Shown: positions 14,613-27,032 of the stretch, in pieces
Layout of the letters: the number at the start of each line of letters is the position of its first letter
Numbering within the stretch: the first letter of the stretch is position 1
Assembly (NCBI RefSeq): GCF_039654945.1
Contig: NW_027361797.1
Span: 5,890,001-5,954,000, forward strand
Direction: 5' to 3'
Length of the DNA stretch: 64,000 bases
Origin: Dendrobates tinctorius
Lineage: Eukaryota
Made by a program: the position numbers and the translations under genes
Notes under the pieces: model-generated
The model's input: only the letters and a program-made list of their open reading frames with translations
Database searches by the model: none
Told to the model about the DNA's origin: nothing

Positions 14613-16122
14613 TGCAGTCACTTAGGTGCCTTGTGCTGAATGGCACAATATGGCACTAAGAAAGGTGCTGTGAATTGGAAGCACTGTGGCACTAGACTTA
14701 GGCGCTGACTCTGACTCTAATAGTCCTACAACATGCGTATCCAAGGGAGGGGAGTCATAATAAGTCAGTCACCAGATACATGCATCCATCATCACTCACA
14801 CAAAATATAACAAGAGTCTATACTAGCGCATGGCAGAGCGGCCATGCAAACCTTTTATAGCAGCATCCTTCCGGGACCTTCCTGAGGGTCCAATCTGAGC
14901 CACTTGAGGACCTGAGCATATGACCTCCGACCTCCAATGAGAGGTCGTCCCATGGGCATGCTCAGTAGGCTGCAAAAAGGAATTAGACTCTGGAGCTGCT
15001 CTCTGCTGGCTAGTGCTGATTGCTAAAGCTGAACCAAAGGTGGAAGCAGCAACCAACCTAACAGCACTCGCTTGAGCAAGACGCTGGGAACGACGTCTTA
15101 GCTGAGCAGCATCCTCTGCGGTCAGGACTGAATGGGAGACCGCAGAAGGCAAGGCTCGAGATTCCGCCTGTGCAGAGGAAGGAACCTGACGCCTAACACT
15201 GGGAGGGTTAATATCCATGGCCCTTTCCCAGCCTGAGAATACTAGCCCCCAGCTGTCTGCTTTAGCAACGATGGTTGTCAAAAATGGTGGCACCCCACAC
15301 TGTTCTTTCAACTTTTTATTTAAATAATTTAAAAAAACGGCGTGGGGACCCCTCTGTTCTTTATAATTAGCCTTGCAGAAGCTGACAGCTGAGGGTTGCC
15401 ACCCCCTGCTGTGAGTTTTGCCTGGCTGGTTAAAAAAATACAGTGGAACCCACACCAATTTTTTTATTTATTTATAGTGCAGACAGCAGGTGAGGAATAC
15501 TCCCATCAGGCGCTCCTGCTGTTGCTGTCATTAGTGGCAGCAGGCATAACTTTATGGGAGTAATAGTCCTAAAAGCCACTGCCTGCTGTTTTTGTGCAAA
15601 CTTGAATACAAAAAAGAGCGTTTTCTCCTGTTTTTTGGCATGTTTTTTGCTCCAGTTTTTTTACAGCAATGAAGATTTTTTAGCTAAATAAAGATATTTG
15701 AAAAACAATTTGTGATGTAATTTCTTGGTTCAACACCTTCTTTTTCATTCTGGTGCAGTAGCATTAGTGTAATGGGATTAGAGCTTGGTGTCAGCAGCTG
15801 TCATTGACACCAAGTCCAAGGTTTAGGAATGAAAAAGTGTCAGCCAGTTACCTCATTACTAGAGTTTAGCGAAACGGGTCGGTCAATTTCAAAAGTCGCC
15901 GACTTTCGCAAATTTCGGGTTTCATGAAACGAAACCCGACCATAGCGTGAGGTCGGCCACAAGGCACTAAAGTCGCGTTTCAAAAGATGCTTCCAGCGCC
16001 CATTTTCAGCCAATGATGGAGGATGCACACTGTGGGCAACGCGATGACATAGGCAGCGGTCACCACCATCTTTGAGAAGGGCATGCAAGTGATTGGCTTG
16101 CTTTGTGTGGCGTCACAAGGGC

Positions 16123-16130
16123 TATAAAAG
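16123..16130 (+). promoter_or_regulatory. Putative TATA box of the hAT transposase
   Basis: GGCTATAAAAGGG is preceded by GATTGG and followed by CCGCCATCTT (YY1-like). Confidence 0.4.
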
Positions 16131-16465
16131 GGCATGCACGCCGACCGCCATCTTACTTCTGCTGATCTCAGAATAGGGAGAGCTGCTGCTACTGCTGATT
16201 TTGTAGGGAGAGCGTTAGGCAGGGAAGAAGATACAAAAAACTGCTTCTGCTGCTAGCGATTTTGCCTGTACAATACACCAGTTAGTGTGCAGTGCAAGGG
16301 GAGGCTATATTTTGGTGCATTCAGCTCTGTTGGTTATTGGGCTGCCTTATAAGGCTCCCTGATAGCTGCATTGCTGTTTTCACAGTGCTGTGCAAACTGC
16401 TTTTTTAAAAGCAAAAATACTTTTCATCCTCTTTTTTGCCCAGTTACCAAGCGTTCATTTTTCCA

Positions 16466-16797
16466 CCTGTTATATTGAGGTGTAATCTACACTGGGTCTG
16501 AGATAATAGTTCAGTGTCCTCAAGTCTGTAGGGAGATTCAAATTCTCCCCAGTCCTATACAGACATTTTATACACCATCCAATTTCAGCCTGTTATATTG
16601 AGGTGTAATCTACACTGGGCCTGAGATAAGAGGTCTGTGTCCTCAAGTCTGTAGGGAGATTCAAATTCTCCCCAGTCCTATATAGACATTTTATACACCA
16701 TCCAATTTCAGCCTGTTATATTGAGGTGTAATCTACACTGGGCCTGAGATAATAGTTCAGTGTCCTCAAGTCTGTAGGGAGATTTAAATTCTCCTCA
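16466..16797. repeat. 123-bp tandem repeat (~2.7 copies)
   Basis: CCTGTTATATTGAGGTGTAATCTACAC at 16466, 16589 and 16712. Confidence 0.9.
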
Positions 16798-16870
16798 ATA
16801 CTATATACACGGTGTACCTTGTTTTACAGTACCATATTGCTGGTGGTATTTTGGGTACATTTTCCCAAAA

Positions 16871-19800
16871 ATGAGGAAGTGTGTTGGAAGAGGCCGTGGA
16901 AGTGGGCGGGGGTTGCCAGCTCGTAATGACGGTGTTGGTGGTGGATCTGCTGGTAGTGGCAAAAGCACAATAGCACCTAATGCAGGAGGTGTTGAGCCTG
17001 TGTCATCGTCTGGCTCCACAAGGCCTCGAAGGCTCCCTTTTCTGGCAGTATGTAAACCGCTTTTAAAGCCAGAGCTTCAGGAACAAGTTTTGGCTTACAT
17101 TACTGACACAGCCTCCAGCTCTATCGCCTCCTCTTCTGAACTTTCAAAAAATAAAAGCACTGAGTCGCCATTGGAGGCTCATGGTCAGGAACCACACCTT
17201 TCCTTGTGTCCTTCACCCCTACCAAAAGTAAAGGATGCGGCAGGCCAAACTACAGATTACTCCATGGAGCTCTTTTCACATACCATGCCTGGGTTATCAA
17301 GTCAAATCGTGAATTACCCAGTCCAAGATGAATCTGACATGGAGTGCACTGATGCACAGCCACTGCTAGATTTATCTGCTGGTACATTCACTCAGAGTCC
17401 TACATTGTCCTCACAGTGTACTCAGGTGCCCCTTCCCGCATACTATACCACCTTACATGGTGACACAGAGGTGCACATGACATTGAAGAGGAGGTGATGG
17501 ATGATCCAGTTGTTGACCCAGATTAGCATCCATTGGGGGAAGAGGGTGCTGCTGCCAATTGCTCAGAAGAGGAGGAAGAGCATCCGCAGCAGGCATCGAC
17601 ATCGCAACAGCTGTTATCTGGCAGGCCCGGAGCAGTCCAAAAATGGGTTACAAAAACCAAAAGAGTTGCAGGACCTCTAGGCCAGACGGTCAAATTAGCA
17701 CAGCGTGCAAGGCCTCAAAATGTCTTCCGTAGTAGGAAGAGTGTAGTGTGCCACTTTTTCATCAAAATCCTAATGATCAGGCAAAGGTTATCTGTAAGAA
17801 GTGCGCAAAGACCTTTAGCCGAGGGAAAAATCTGAGAAATTTGAATACCAGTTGCATGCTTAGACATTTAACCACCATGCACTTGCAAGCGTGGACGGAC
17901 TACCAAACCTAATGTACCACATGTGCAACTGATCCCAATGAAGGTAGTCAGCAACGCTACATCGTTTCCCCCCACTGTAAGCCCACGGGTTGGCACACCA
18001 CCAGCAGCAAATGTTGAGGTGTCGTCGCAAGGCCAAAGCAGTCAGGGAATCACAATGTTATTGCTACAAAAGACTGAATCTAAGCCATCAGAAAGAACAC
18101 CAACTCCATCACCATCATCAACCCTCTCTCAGTACGCCATGTCCACCACTAGTTCCACCATATGCAGCTCTCAAGTCCAGCTCACCCTACCAGAGACTAT
18201 GAGTAGGACAAGAAAGTACTCATCCTCTCATCCGCGAACATTGGGTTTGAACGCCCACATTGCCAAACTAATCTCGTTAGAGATGATGCCCTACCGGTTG
18301 GTTGAAAGAGAAGCTTTCCGCGATCTCATGGCCTACGCAGTACCATGCTATGACCTACCCAGTCAGCACTTCTTTTCTCGCAAAGCCATCCCAGCCCTCC
18401 ACCTTCATGTGAAAGACCGCATTGTCCACGCACTCAAGCAATCAGTTGGAAAGGTGCACCTCACAACAGATGCATGGTCCAGTAGGCATGGCCAGGGCCG
18501 TTACGTGTCCATCACTGCGCACTGGGTTAGTGTGGTGGATGCAGGGTCCACAGGGGACAGCGGCGGTGGGACAGTGCTGCCTAGTCCATGGTATAGGAAA
18601 CAGTTGGCTGTAGGTGTTCGACCCTCCTTCTCCTCCAGAAGCGAAAGCTCGTCCACAGAGCGCAGTCGCACGAGCACTCCATCCGCAGCTGCCAGTGTTG
18701 CACACTCGGTGTCCCACTATCGAACAGCTACTGTCAAGCATCAGCAGGCTGTGTTGAAGATGATGTGTTTGGGCGACAACAGACACACGGCGGAGGTACT
18801 GGCTGACTACTTGCAGCGACAAACTGAGTCATGGCTGGGCAGTCTACATCTTGAGGCAGACAAGGTAGTTAGTGATAACGGCCGGAATCTTGTGACAGCC
18901 ATAGCCCTTTCAAAACTCCGACACATACCTTGCCTGTCTCACACCTTGAACCTGGTGGTGCAGTGCTTCCTCAATAATTATCCAGAGTTAACAGGCCCGC
19001 TCCATAAGGTCCGAAGACTGTGCGCGCACATCCGCCGGTCACCCGTACACTCCAGTCGTATGCAGAAGCTGCAGCGATTGCTCCAACTTCCCAAGCACCG
19101 CCTAATTATCGACGTTGCAACAAGGTGGAACTCCACCCTGCACATGGTTGAGAGGCTGTGTGAACAGAGGCAGGCTGTAATGCATTTGTGGGAGGATACA
19201 CGGCCAGGCACTTTGAGGGCAGTCATGGAGTTGTCGGATGTGCAGTGGTCGAATCTTAAAGACCTCTTTAAAGTCCTTCAATGTTTTGAGGAATGCACAT
19301 GACTGGTAAGCGCAGACGACACCATCATAAGCATGAGCAACCCACTTTTACGTCTGCTCATGCAAACTTTGACACACATTAAGGAGCAGACGTCTGCAGC
19401 CGAGGAGGATGAGGAAGAGGGAAGCCTTGATGACAGTCAGCCATTGTCTCCTCCGGGACCTCTCCTGGATGAGGTGGAGGAAGAAGAGGAAGAGGAGGAG
19501 GAGGATGATGATGGGGATGATTATTTAGGGGAGGAGGATGCTTCTCATGGGGCAAGAGAAAATGTTAGCGTGGCAAGGTCAGGTACAGGGTTTGTGCGTG
19601 ACTGGAGGGATGTGGATTTGCCAGAAAGTGCTACTCCACCCAGCACTCGCAGTGCATCATTGACACCTGGAACATTGGCCCACATGTCAGATTATGCCTT
19701 GCAGATCCTAAAAAGGGACCCCCGCATTGTCAAAATGATGAACGATGACGACTACTGGTTGGCCAGCATCCTGGATCCACGCTATAAAGGCAAATTCCAA

Positions 19801-20376
19801 AACATCATGCCACAGGAGAACCTTGACCTAATATTGGCTAACAAACAAGCAACTCTGGTAAACAGTTTGGTTGAGGCATTCCCAGCACACAGCAGCGGTG
19901 ATGGTTCTCCAAGGAGCCGTTGGGGGCAACATGGAAAAGGTGTTCATGGTGCACACATCAAAAGTGGCGTTGGAGACAGGGGTTTCATGACCATGTTGTG
20001 GACTGATTTTTCAAGTCCCGCTCACACGACTGGTAATACTGCATCGATTGAAATTGACAGGAGACAGCAGTTGTCAACTATGGTTACAAACTACTTCTCG
20101 TCCCATATCGGTGTTCTCCCTCACAGGTCATTCCCCTTTGACTATTGGGCCTCTAAACTGGACACCTGGCCTGAATTGGCACAATATGCCTTACAGGAGC
20201 TCGCTTGTTCTGCTGCTAGTGTGCTATCGGAAAGAGTCTTCAGTACTGCTGGCTCAATCCTGACAGAAAAAAGGACCTGTCTGTCTACCCAAAATGTTGA
20301 TGATCTAACCTTCATGAAAATGAACCATGCATGGGTTTCCAAGGATTTTGTCCCACCTTCCCCTGATGACACATAG
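16871..20376 (+). pseudogene. hAT (ZBED-like) transposase, disrupted by stops and frameshifts
   Basis: RGRG-rich N-terminus, then a BED finger (KVICKKC..MLRHLTTMH, ~17735-17890), VHLTTDAWSS, VVSDNGRN, CLSHTLNL, DVATRWNS and the hATC motif SERVFSTAG. ORFs 17923-19302 and 19333-20376 are in the same frame, split by one TGA. Confidence 0.93.
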
Positions 20377-21049
20377 GTTGCCAGAAAAATGTCTCGCTTT
20401 TGTCCTCCTCTTCTTCGGACTTCTCCAATTCCTCCATTTGCAGCTGCTGAATGTCCAACATCAACATATGCCATTTTTTAAACCTCCCTATCTGGGCTGC
20501 CTCCCCCCATGGCCGGGGTCACCACCTAGCGCACGCAACCATGCGAATCCCATTTCCCTGGACAGGTGGGTGGGCCGACTCTTGGGCGCCGGCACTGGCA
20601 CAGGGTCCCTCATAGTGCAATCAAGTGTCTCTGACGGTGGTGGTGCACATCCGCCATCAGACACACCGGTGTACTATGAGGGACCCAGTGCCAGTACCGA
20701 TGCTCATGAGTGGGCCCTCCTTGCTTGGGCAGGGCCCCAGCATTTGCAATATTTACCTCTCCCTGCTCCTCCGCTGTGTAGTCTGGGCTGTCAAATCCTT
20801 CCCTGGGACTGCCACTACAAATTTGGTGAACTGATAGATGATGGTTAAGACATAGCTATGCCCTGTCCTGCTGGCTGGGCTCTAGCTTCAGATGATCAAT
20901 GGCTTCCATTTCTTATGGACATCGACTCACAATGAGATGCAGTGGTGGTTTATCATCAGCTTTCACAGTTTTCCTACTCACAGACGTGAAACTAATGAGA
21001 AACTGGGTCTGAGCAGAAAAAGGGTATTTAGTTAACATAATTTTGATCA

Positions 21050-22030
21050 TGGCTTCTACATTATTTTGATCAAAATTATGTTAACTAAATACCCTTATTA
21101 TTATTACTACCTCATGCAATTTTTGCAATATATTTTTTACTTTTTTATTCCAGGATATTTGTTTTGTGTTTTGTTTTTGGTTTTCTCTGTGTAAAGGTCA
21201 TGTGTTCATATGCAATTACATTTTGCATGCACATTAACTTACTTTTTCTGCTCAGACCCAGTTTCTCATTTGTTTTATTGTGCATTCTGTGCATATAAGG
21301 GTGTGACCGCCCTGTTTCTGAGTTGGAAAATCCATCCTGTCTGGCCTATACTATTACTGGTGGTTCAGTCCCTCTGTCCTTGTTCACATTTACGTCACTT
21401 GACAAGTGGAAAGGTTTTAAATACAAGAGTTAGGACTGTGCGACGGGGGTTGCCTTGACGTGGCGGGTTGGCTTCTACATTATTTTGATCAAAATTATGT
21501 TAATTAAATACCCTTATTATTATTACTACCTTCATGCAATTTTTGCAATATATTTTTTACTTTTTTATTCCAGGATATTTGTTTTGTGTTTTGTTTTTGG
21601 TTTTCTCTGTGTAAAGGTCATGTGTTCATATGCAATTACATTTTGCATGCACATTAACTTACTTTTTCTGCTCAGACCCAGTTTCTCATTTGTTTCATTG
21701 TGCATTCTGTGCATATAAGGGTGTGACCGCCCTGTTTCTGAGTTGGAAAATCCATCCTGTCTGGCCTATACTATTACTGGTGGTTCAGTCCCTCTGTCCT
21801 TGTTCACATTTACGTCACTTGACAAGTGGAAAGGTTTTAAATACAAGAGTTAGGACTGTCCCACGGGGGTTGCCTTGACGTGGAAGGATGGCTTCTACAT
21901 TATTTTGATCAAAATTATGTTAACTAAATACCCTTATTATTATTACTACCTTCATGCAATTTTTGCAATATATTATGTTTTACTTTTTTATTCCAGGATA
22001 TTTGTTTTGTGTTTTGTTTTTGTTTTTCTC
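21050..22030. repeat. 420-bp tandem repeat (~2.3 copies) inside the hAT
   Basis: GGCTTCTACATTATTTTGATCAAAATTATG at ~21051, 21471 and 21891; the duplicated ORFs 21210 and 21630 confirm the period. Confidence 0.92.
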
Positions 22031-22044
22031 TACTCACAGACGTG

Positions 22045-22340
22045 TGACATTCCTGCCCACATTTTTAAATGTGCCCTCTCATGCCAATTCAATAGAATCG
22101 CCTACAGCCGGTGGCTTCTGTCTTTTGCACTCCAAAGTTACCTGACAGATCATGATAGGCAGTGAAGACCATGTTTATATCTCTCCCTGTGATCAAAGTT
22201 TGATGGAGGTGAGTAACGGTGATGGGATCAATGGTACTGCGATACAACAACCCTTTCTTCTCAAAGAACTGTTTTCACTGTCTCCACCCACAAAGTAATT
22301 GAGGGTCAGCATCGCCTCTGAAAATTCTCCCGGGAGTTTT
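22045..22340 (-). pseudogene. Gypsy integrase zinc-binding (H2C2) fragment
   Basis: Hand translation: KKGLLYRSTIDP..VFTAYHDLSGNFGVQKTEAT..RRFY*IGMRGHI*KCGQEC. Confidence 0.7.
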
Positions 22341-22996
22341 TCCCGTGATTAGTAATTCCTAAATTTCTGCAATCACTCGACTTTATGTCTGTACTTTTAT
22401 CCATCTCGTTTCCTCTTGCAGAAAATCTGGACTGTCTTACTGAGACAGAAATATATATGCAGATTTACCCCAACAGTGTGTACCGGGGGAAAGCTTCAAA
22501 AACATTTCCTTTTTTCTACTTTTTAGTTTGCTGTCTAATCCATACTGAGGCTGTGAGTGTCTTTGTCGGACTCCGGAAATAAACACGGAGATTTTAAATG
22601 TTTAAACTATGCTATATATACCTGTTATCCGGTGATACTGTACCCTTTCTCAACTTTCTGCAATCTTGTCGAATCCATGCTGTGCCTGAGACTGTCTGAT
22701 TATGCCTTCTGATTACAGAATAGTGGTGTTTGAGTGGAACTGTTGGCCAAGTTCAAATTCTATCTGTTTTGGGTGTTGTTAGATCCGTTCGTCGAACTAC
22801 AACACTTTGATTAAAATTCGGCTGTTCGAGTTTCCGTTTAACGAAACGTTCTCGAACGGAAATGTTTTTCAATGATAATAGACAGTTTTAGGGCATAGTA
22901 GCGGTGTCTGGTAGCCAGCGATGTAGTACACCTGTGAAGGAGCTACACCGTGTGTGCTTCTAATAATTTTTTACCGCATATTGTCCTGAAAATCCT

Positions 22997-23243
22997 TTTG
23001 GGCCTAGTAACTGTGTCTGCTACTCAGAAGAGGAGCCCACTCGTGAACCGAGCTATGCCGCCTGTTTATGAAAGAACCAGTTTTTGACTGCATTTACACC
23101 ACTTAATACTTTGGGCCTAGTAACTGTGTATGCTACTCAGCAGAGTTGGCCTCCCGTGAACCAAGCTATGCCGCCTGTTTATGTAAGAACTGTGTGCTAC
23201 TCAGCAGAGGAGCCCAGCTGTTAAGCAAGCTACAGCACCTGTG
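22997..23243. repeat. ~113-bp imperfect tandem repeat
   Basis: TTTGGGCCTAGTAACTGTGT.TGCTACTCAG recurs. Confidence 0.75.
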
Positions 23244-23310
23244 GTTTGGACACTTAATTTTTTCACTTTCTTTCTGTAATGCCGTTTAGGCCTAATTCCA
23301 GAATTATGGT

Positions 23311-23732
23311 TGACCTGCACTTACTGGGAAATGCTTGTTCGCGGGGAAGAATTGTAATCCCAGATCCCCATCACTAACGGGGTTCAGCGTGTTATCCGCA
23401 CCTGTAAGCGATACACGCTGGTCCTTTCATTGTAGCACGCGTGCAGCAGCGGACATGTAAGGGCATGACAGACCTGTTATTGGCCGATCTCGTGTGCCAG
23501 AGCCTCGCGTGTCCCTCTAGTAAGCTGGACGCGGACCGCGGGGGTATGCCTGAGTCTCGTTCGTTAACGGAATTAAGCTTGCTATCTGTGCAGCTTTTTT
23601 GTGGATGGCATGGTTGAGGTTGTCCGTGTTGAGTCCAATTAAGCCGTAGGCTCCACTACTGGTCGTGCCCTTCTGGACATTCCTTTAAGGTTCAGCTTTG
23701 CAAACATACTGCCCCCGGAAACCAAACACTTT
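23311..23732 (-). pseudogene. Degraded 18S rRNA gene fragment (3' major domain) with internal deletions
   Basis: The + strand matches antisense 18S blocks recalled from memory: GCACTTACTGGGAA, GATCCCCATCAC, TAAGGGCAT.ACAGACCTGTTATTG, GAGTCTCGTTCGTTA.CGGAATTAA, CCGTGTTGAGTC.AATTAAGCCG.AGGCTCCACT, ATTCCTTTAAG.TTCAGCTTTGCAA.CATACT.CCCCCGGAA.CCAAA. Confidence 0.88.
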
Positions 23733-25179
23733 TCCTGACAGTGACATTCTGGTCAAAGAGCGCAATGACATCACGTCTGTACGCCCTCTGCCTAAACAGT
23801 CCAAGTGCAGAGAGATGGAAGATGGGGACGACAAGGAGTCCAGAGTACAGGGATTCCTTAGTGAGGAGACTTATTTAATTGTTTTAAAAGTTGGGAGCAA
23901 TTTTTGGGAAACACGATACTCTGGAGAATGATATCTGGGGCCCACCATACACTGGAGAATTCCAAAGGTGGACATCAGTCACTGGAGCAGCATTTACAGG
24001 GCCCATTATACACTGGAGCATTAGAAATGGGGCCCATTACACATGGAGCATTATTTGGGCCCATAAGACACTGGAGCTTTATCCATGGTGAACAACATAT
24101 ACTGTAGCATTATGTGGAGCTCATCATATACTGTATCGAACATTATATGGGACCAATGATTCTGTATGGAAAAATATATGGGCATCATTACTCTGTATGG
24201 CGCACTATGCGGTGGCCATAATACTGTATGGAGGAATATAATGTCTGTTTTTGGAGCTATTGGAGAATTTAAAATGGATATCAGTCATGTGATGTAAGAA
24301 TTGAAGTATTTTTCATTGTACTGTACCGCTATTTCTCTGCCGTATCAAAGGATCTTGAATTGTGTCATTTGTTAAAGGAGCCCAGTGACACTATTTGGCC
24401 CTGGGCCCATGAAAATCTGGAGCTATCCCTACCCCCTCACAACTTTAGCCAAATAACCCCCAGTTTTCAATGCCTAACTATTATTATAAAGTAAATTAAG
24501 GTTGACAAGCTTAAGGAATAAGAATTGAAGATTTTGGCATTAAAATGGGCACTCTAGGTGTGTTTCCTGTCCTCCACTCACTGCCGACTTTTCTTCACCA
24601 TTGACTTACATTGGGTTTGGTGTTTCAGTCGGACTTCGACTTTTCACAATAATCGGCCAATTTCATTCTACCCGACTTTTTGTAGTTACACACATGTGAT
24701 CATACACACACATGCACACACTATAACCAGGCTATGTAGGAGTGATAACAGATTGAACCTACATAGGCTGTAACCAAACAGCAACTGTTAATTTTTACAA
24801 AAAAGAAAAAAAAAATTACCAGCAGAATGAAAGCCGACGGCTGAGGGCTGATGATAATATTCTGTGAAGGAGCCAATAGCCATAAAGGTTCCCAGGCTAT
24901 TAAAATCATCTCACAGCTGTTTGCTTAGCCTTTTCTGGCTAGTTTACAGAAGACTCAAAGAAAAAAATTTGTCGTAGGGTCCCACTATAAAATCCAACTA
25001 GCAAAGACTAGGCAGACAGCTGTGGGCTGATCTTAATAACCTAGGAAGAGGCCATGGATAATGGCCCCCTCCCAGACTAAAAACATCAGCTCTCAGCCAA
25101 CCTCAGAAAAGGTGTATCTATAAGATGCGCCGACTCTGGTGCTTAGCCTTGATCTTCCCACTTTCCCTGATGACTGTCG

Positions 25180-26150
25180 CAATCCCCCAGTACGAGTTGT
25201 CCAATCGCCATTAGTTCTCTAAGAAAGATATGCCTGGGCTACACCAGCATGTCACAGAAAACATCACCCGTTCCTTGAAAAAATCTTTGTCTGCCAGGGT
25301 GTATTTCACCACTGACACCAGGACAATGAAGCATGGCCAGGGGCATTACAATTCTGTTACTGGGCACTTGATGACTCTGGTGGATGAAATGGAAAGTCTG
25401 CTCCACAAGTCTTGGAATCCCCAAGGCTTGCAGGGAGCAAGGCTGGAGAACTAAACTACTTGATCACACAGGTTGAAGAACTAAAATGCTAAACACCTGG
25501 GGTTGGATAACTAAACCACTACACACCAGTAAATGGTGAAATAAACCACTGGATACCAAGGGATGGATAACTAAACCTCTACACACCAGAAGATTGTGAA
25601 CTAAACTACTAGACAACAGGGGTCGGAGAAGTAAACTAATAAACACCTAGGGTCGGATAATTAAACCACTACACACCAGAAGATGGAGAACTAAACAACT
25701 AGATGTCAGACACTGAGTCTTGGAATCTCCAAGGATTGCAGGACAAACCTCTGTATCTAACACTTCCCCCACTACTTTTGCCTCCTCTAACTTCTCTATG
25801 GCCTTCATCGGCACCCTCAACCCCTCCTTTAATGAGACACGCATTCCAACAGTGCAGAGAGAATTCCCCCCACATCAGTACTGCGCAGCCAGGGCTCAAT
25901 GCAATCAGACAGTGTTTAAATTAATATGCCTTAGAGATTGTAGTCACACAGATCAAAAATTGTGGACAGCTATCCAGACCAAGTTGTACAATGGCTGTCT
26001 CCACCGAACCTGGAGGAAGGGAAGGCCATGTGCAATAATTGTGGAAAACTGGGGGTGGCCCTACACTGAGGCAACCTCACACATGTGCCTTGAATGGCGC
26101 CCTCAATTTGATGGTATAGCAATTTATCCACCACTATTTATTTTCTGAGA
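25180..26150 (+). pseudogene. Degraded hAT transposase fragment interrupted by a 30-bp tandem repeat (25440-25702)
   Basis: PGLHQHVTENITRSL..VYFTTDT..KHGQGHY and VFKLICL are homologous to the 17923 ORF. Confidence 0.7.
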
Positions 26151-26159
26151 TAGTATGTA

Positions 26160-26986
26160 TGGACCACAGAATTAGCACAAAAGATTTAGATGCGGAAATG
26201 TGGACTGATATCTCGACCAAACCATTAGCACAAAGGATTTATATAATGAAATGTATACTGCTAGCTGGACCATATAATTTGCCCAAAGGATTTAAAGGCT
26301 GAAATGTGAACTACTGGCTGGACCACACTATTAGCACAAACTATTTAGACTTTGAAATGTAGACTCCTGGCTGGGCCACGCTATTAGCATAAAGGATTTA
26401 GATTCATAAATGTGGACTCCTGGCTTGACCACACTATTTGCACAAACTATATTTTGAAAAGTTGACTCCTGGCTGAGCCACACTATTAGCAGAAAGGATT
26501 TAGATTCAGATATGTGACCTGATGTCTGAACCATACTATTAGCTGAAAGGATTTAAATTCTGAAAGATGGTTTGATGTCTGGCCCACACTAATAGCAGAA
26601 AGGATTTAGATTCTGAAATGTGGACTCCTAGCTAGACAACACTGTTATCAAAAAGGTTTTAGACTCTGAAATGTGGACTGGTGTTTGGACCACACTATTG
26701 GCAGAAAGAATTTAGATTCAATTACAGTAATTATGTTGCCTACAGTCAAAACTAGACCCCAAAAACTAGTCTTCACTGCTTTCAGTCAGCTGCAGCCAGC
26801 ACGGAAATCCACAAGTTTTAAGGAACAAGAAAAAGAAAGGTCCCAATCTGTCACGTTGTTTCCAACAGCACAGCAACATTGTTCAAGATGTTGTAGTCCA
26901 CAGGATGAGATTGTGTATATGAGCATGTGTGCGTACACCTGTCTGGGTGCCCACCTTCCATCGCACACACCCCCACCTCTCCTCTA

Positions 26987-27032
<46 letters not shown>

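Larger units (their letters stand above)
12545..15198 (-). mobile_element. Solo LTR (outer), interrupted by a related solo LTR
   Basis: TGTTAGG...CCTAACA termini with a perfect 5-bp TSD CTGGG (12540-12544 / 15199-15203). TATAAAAG on the minus strand near 14853-14860. Confidence 0.85.
15860..24682 (+). mobile_element. Large hAT DNA transposon; left TIR intact, right end truncated
   Basis: Left end TAGAGTTTAGCGAAACGGGTCGG with CCGAC/GTCGG subterminal motifs. Matching CCGACTTTT motifs recur at 24583-24682. The element encloses the transposase. Confidence 0.75.

Noticed and set aside
16871-20376. Domesticated ZBED host gene
   Set aside because: It has multiple stops and frameshifts and is flanked by transposon ends.
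21290-21340. snRNA PSE-like motif (GTGACCG) in the 420-bp repeat
   Set aside because: The match is weak and no recognisable snRNA follows.
23311-23732. Functional rRNA gene
   Set aside because: It is partial, heavily mutated and deleted, with no ITS or 28S context.
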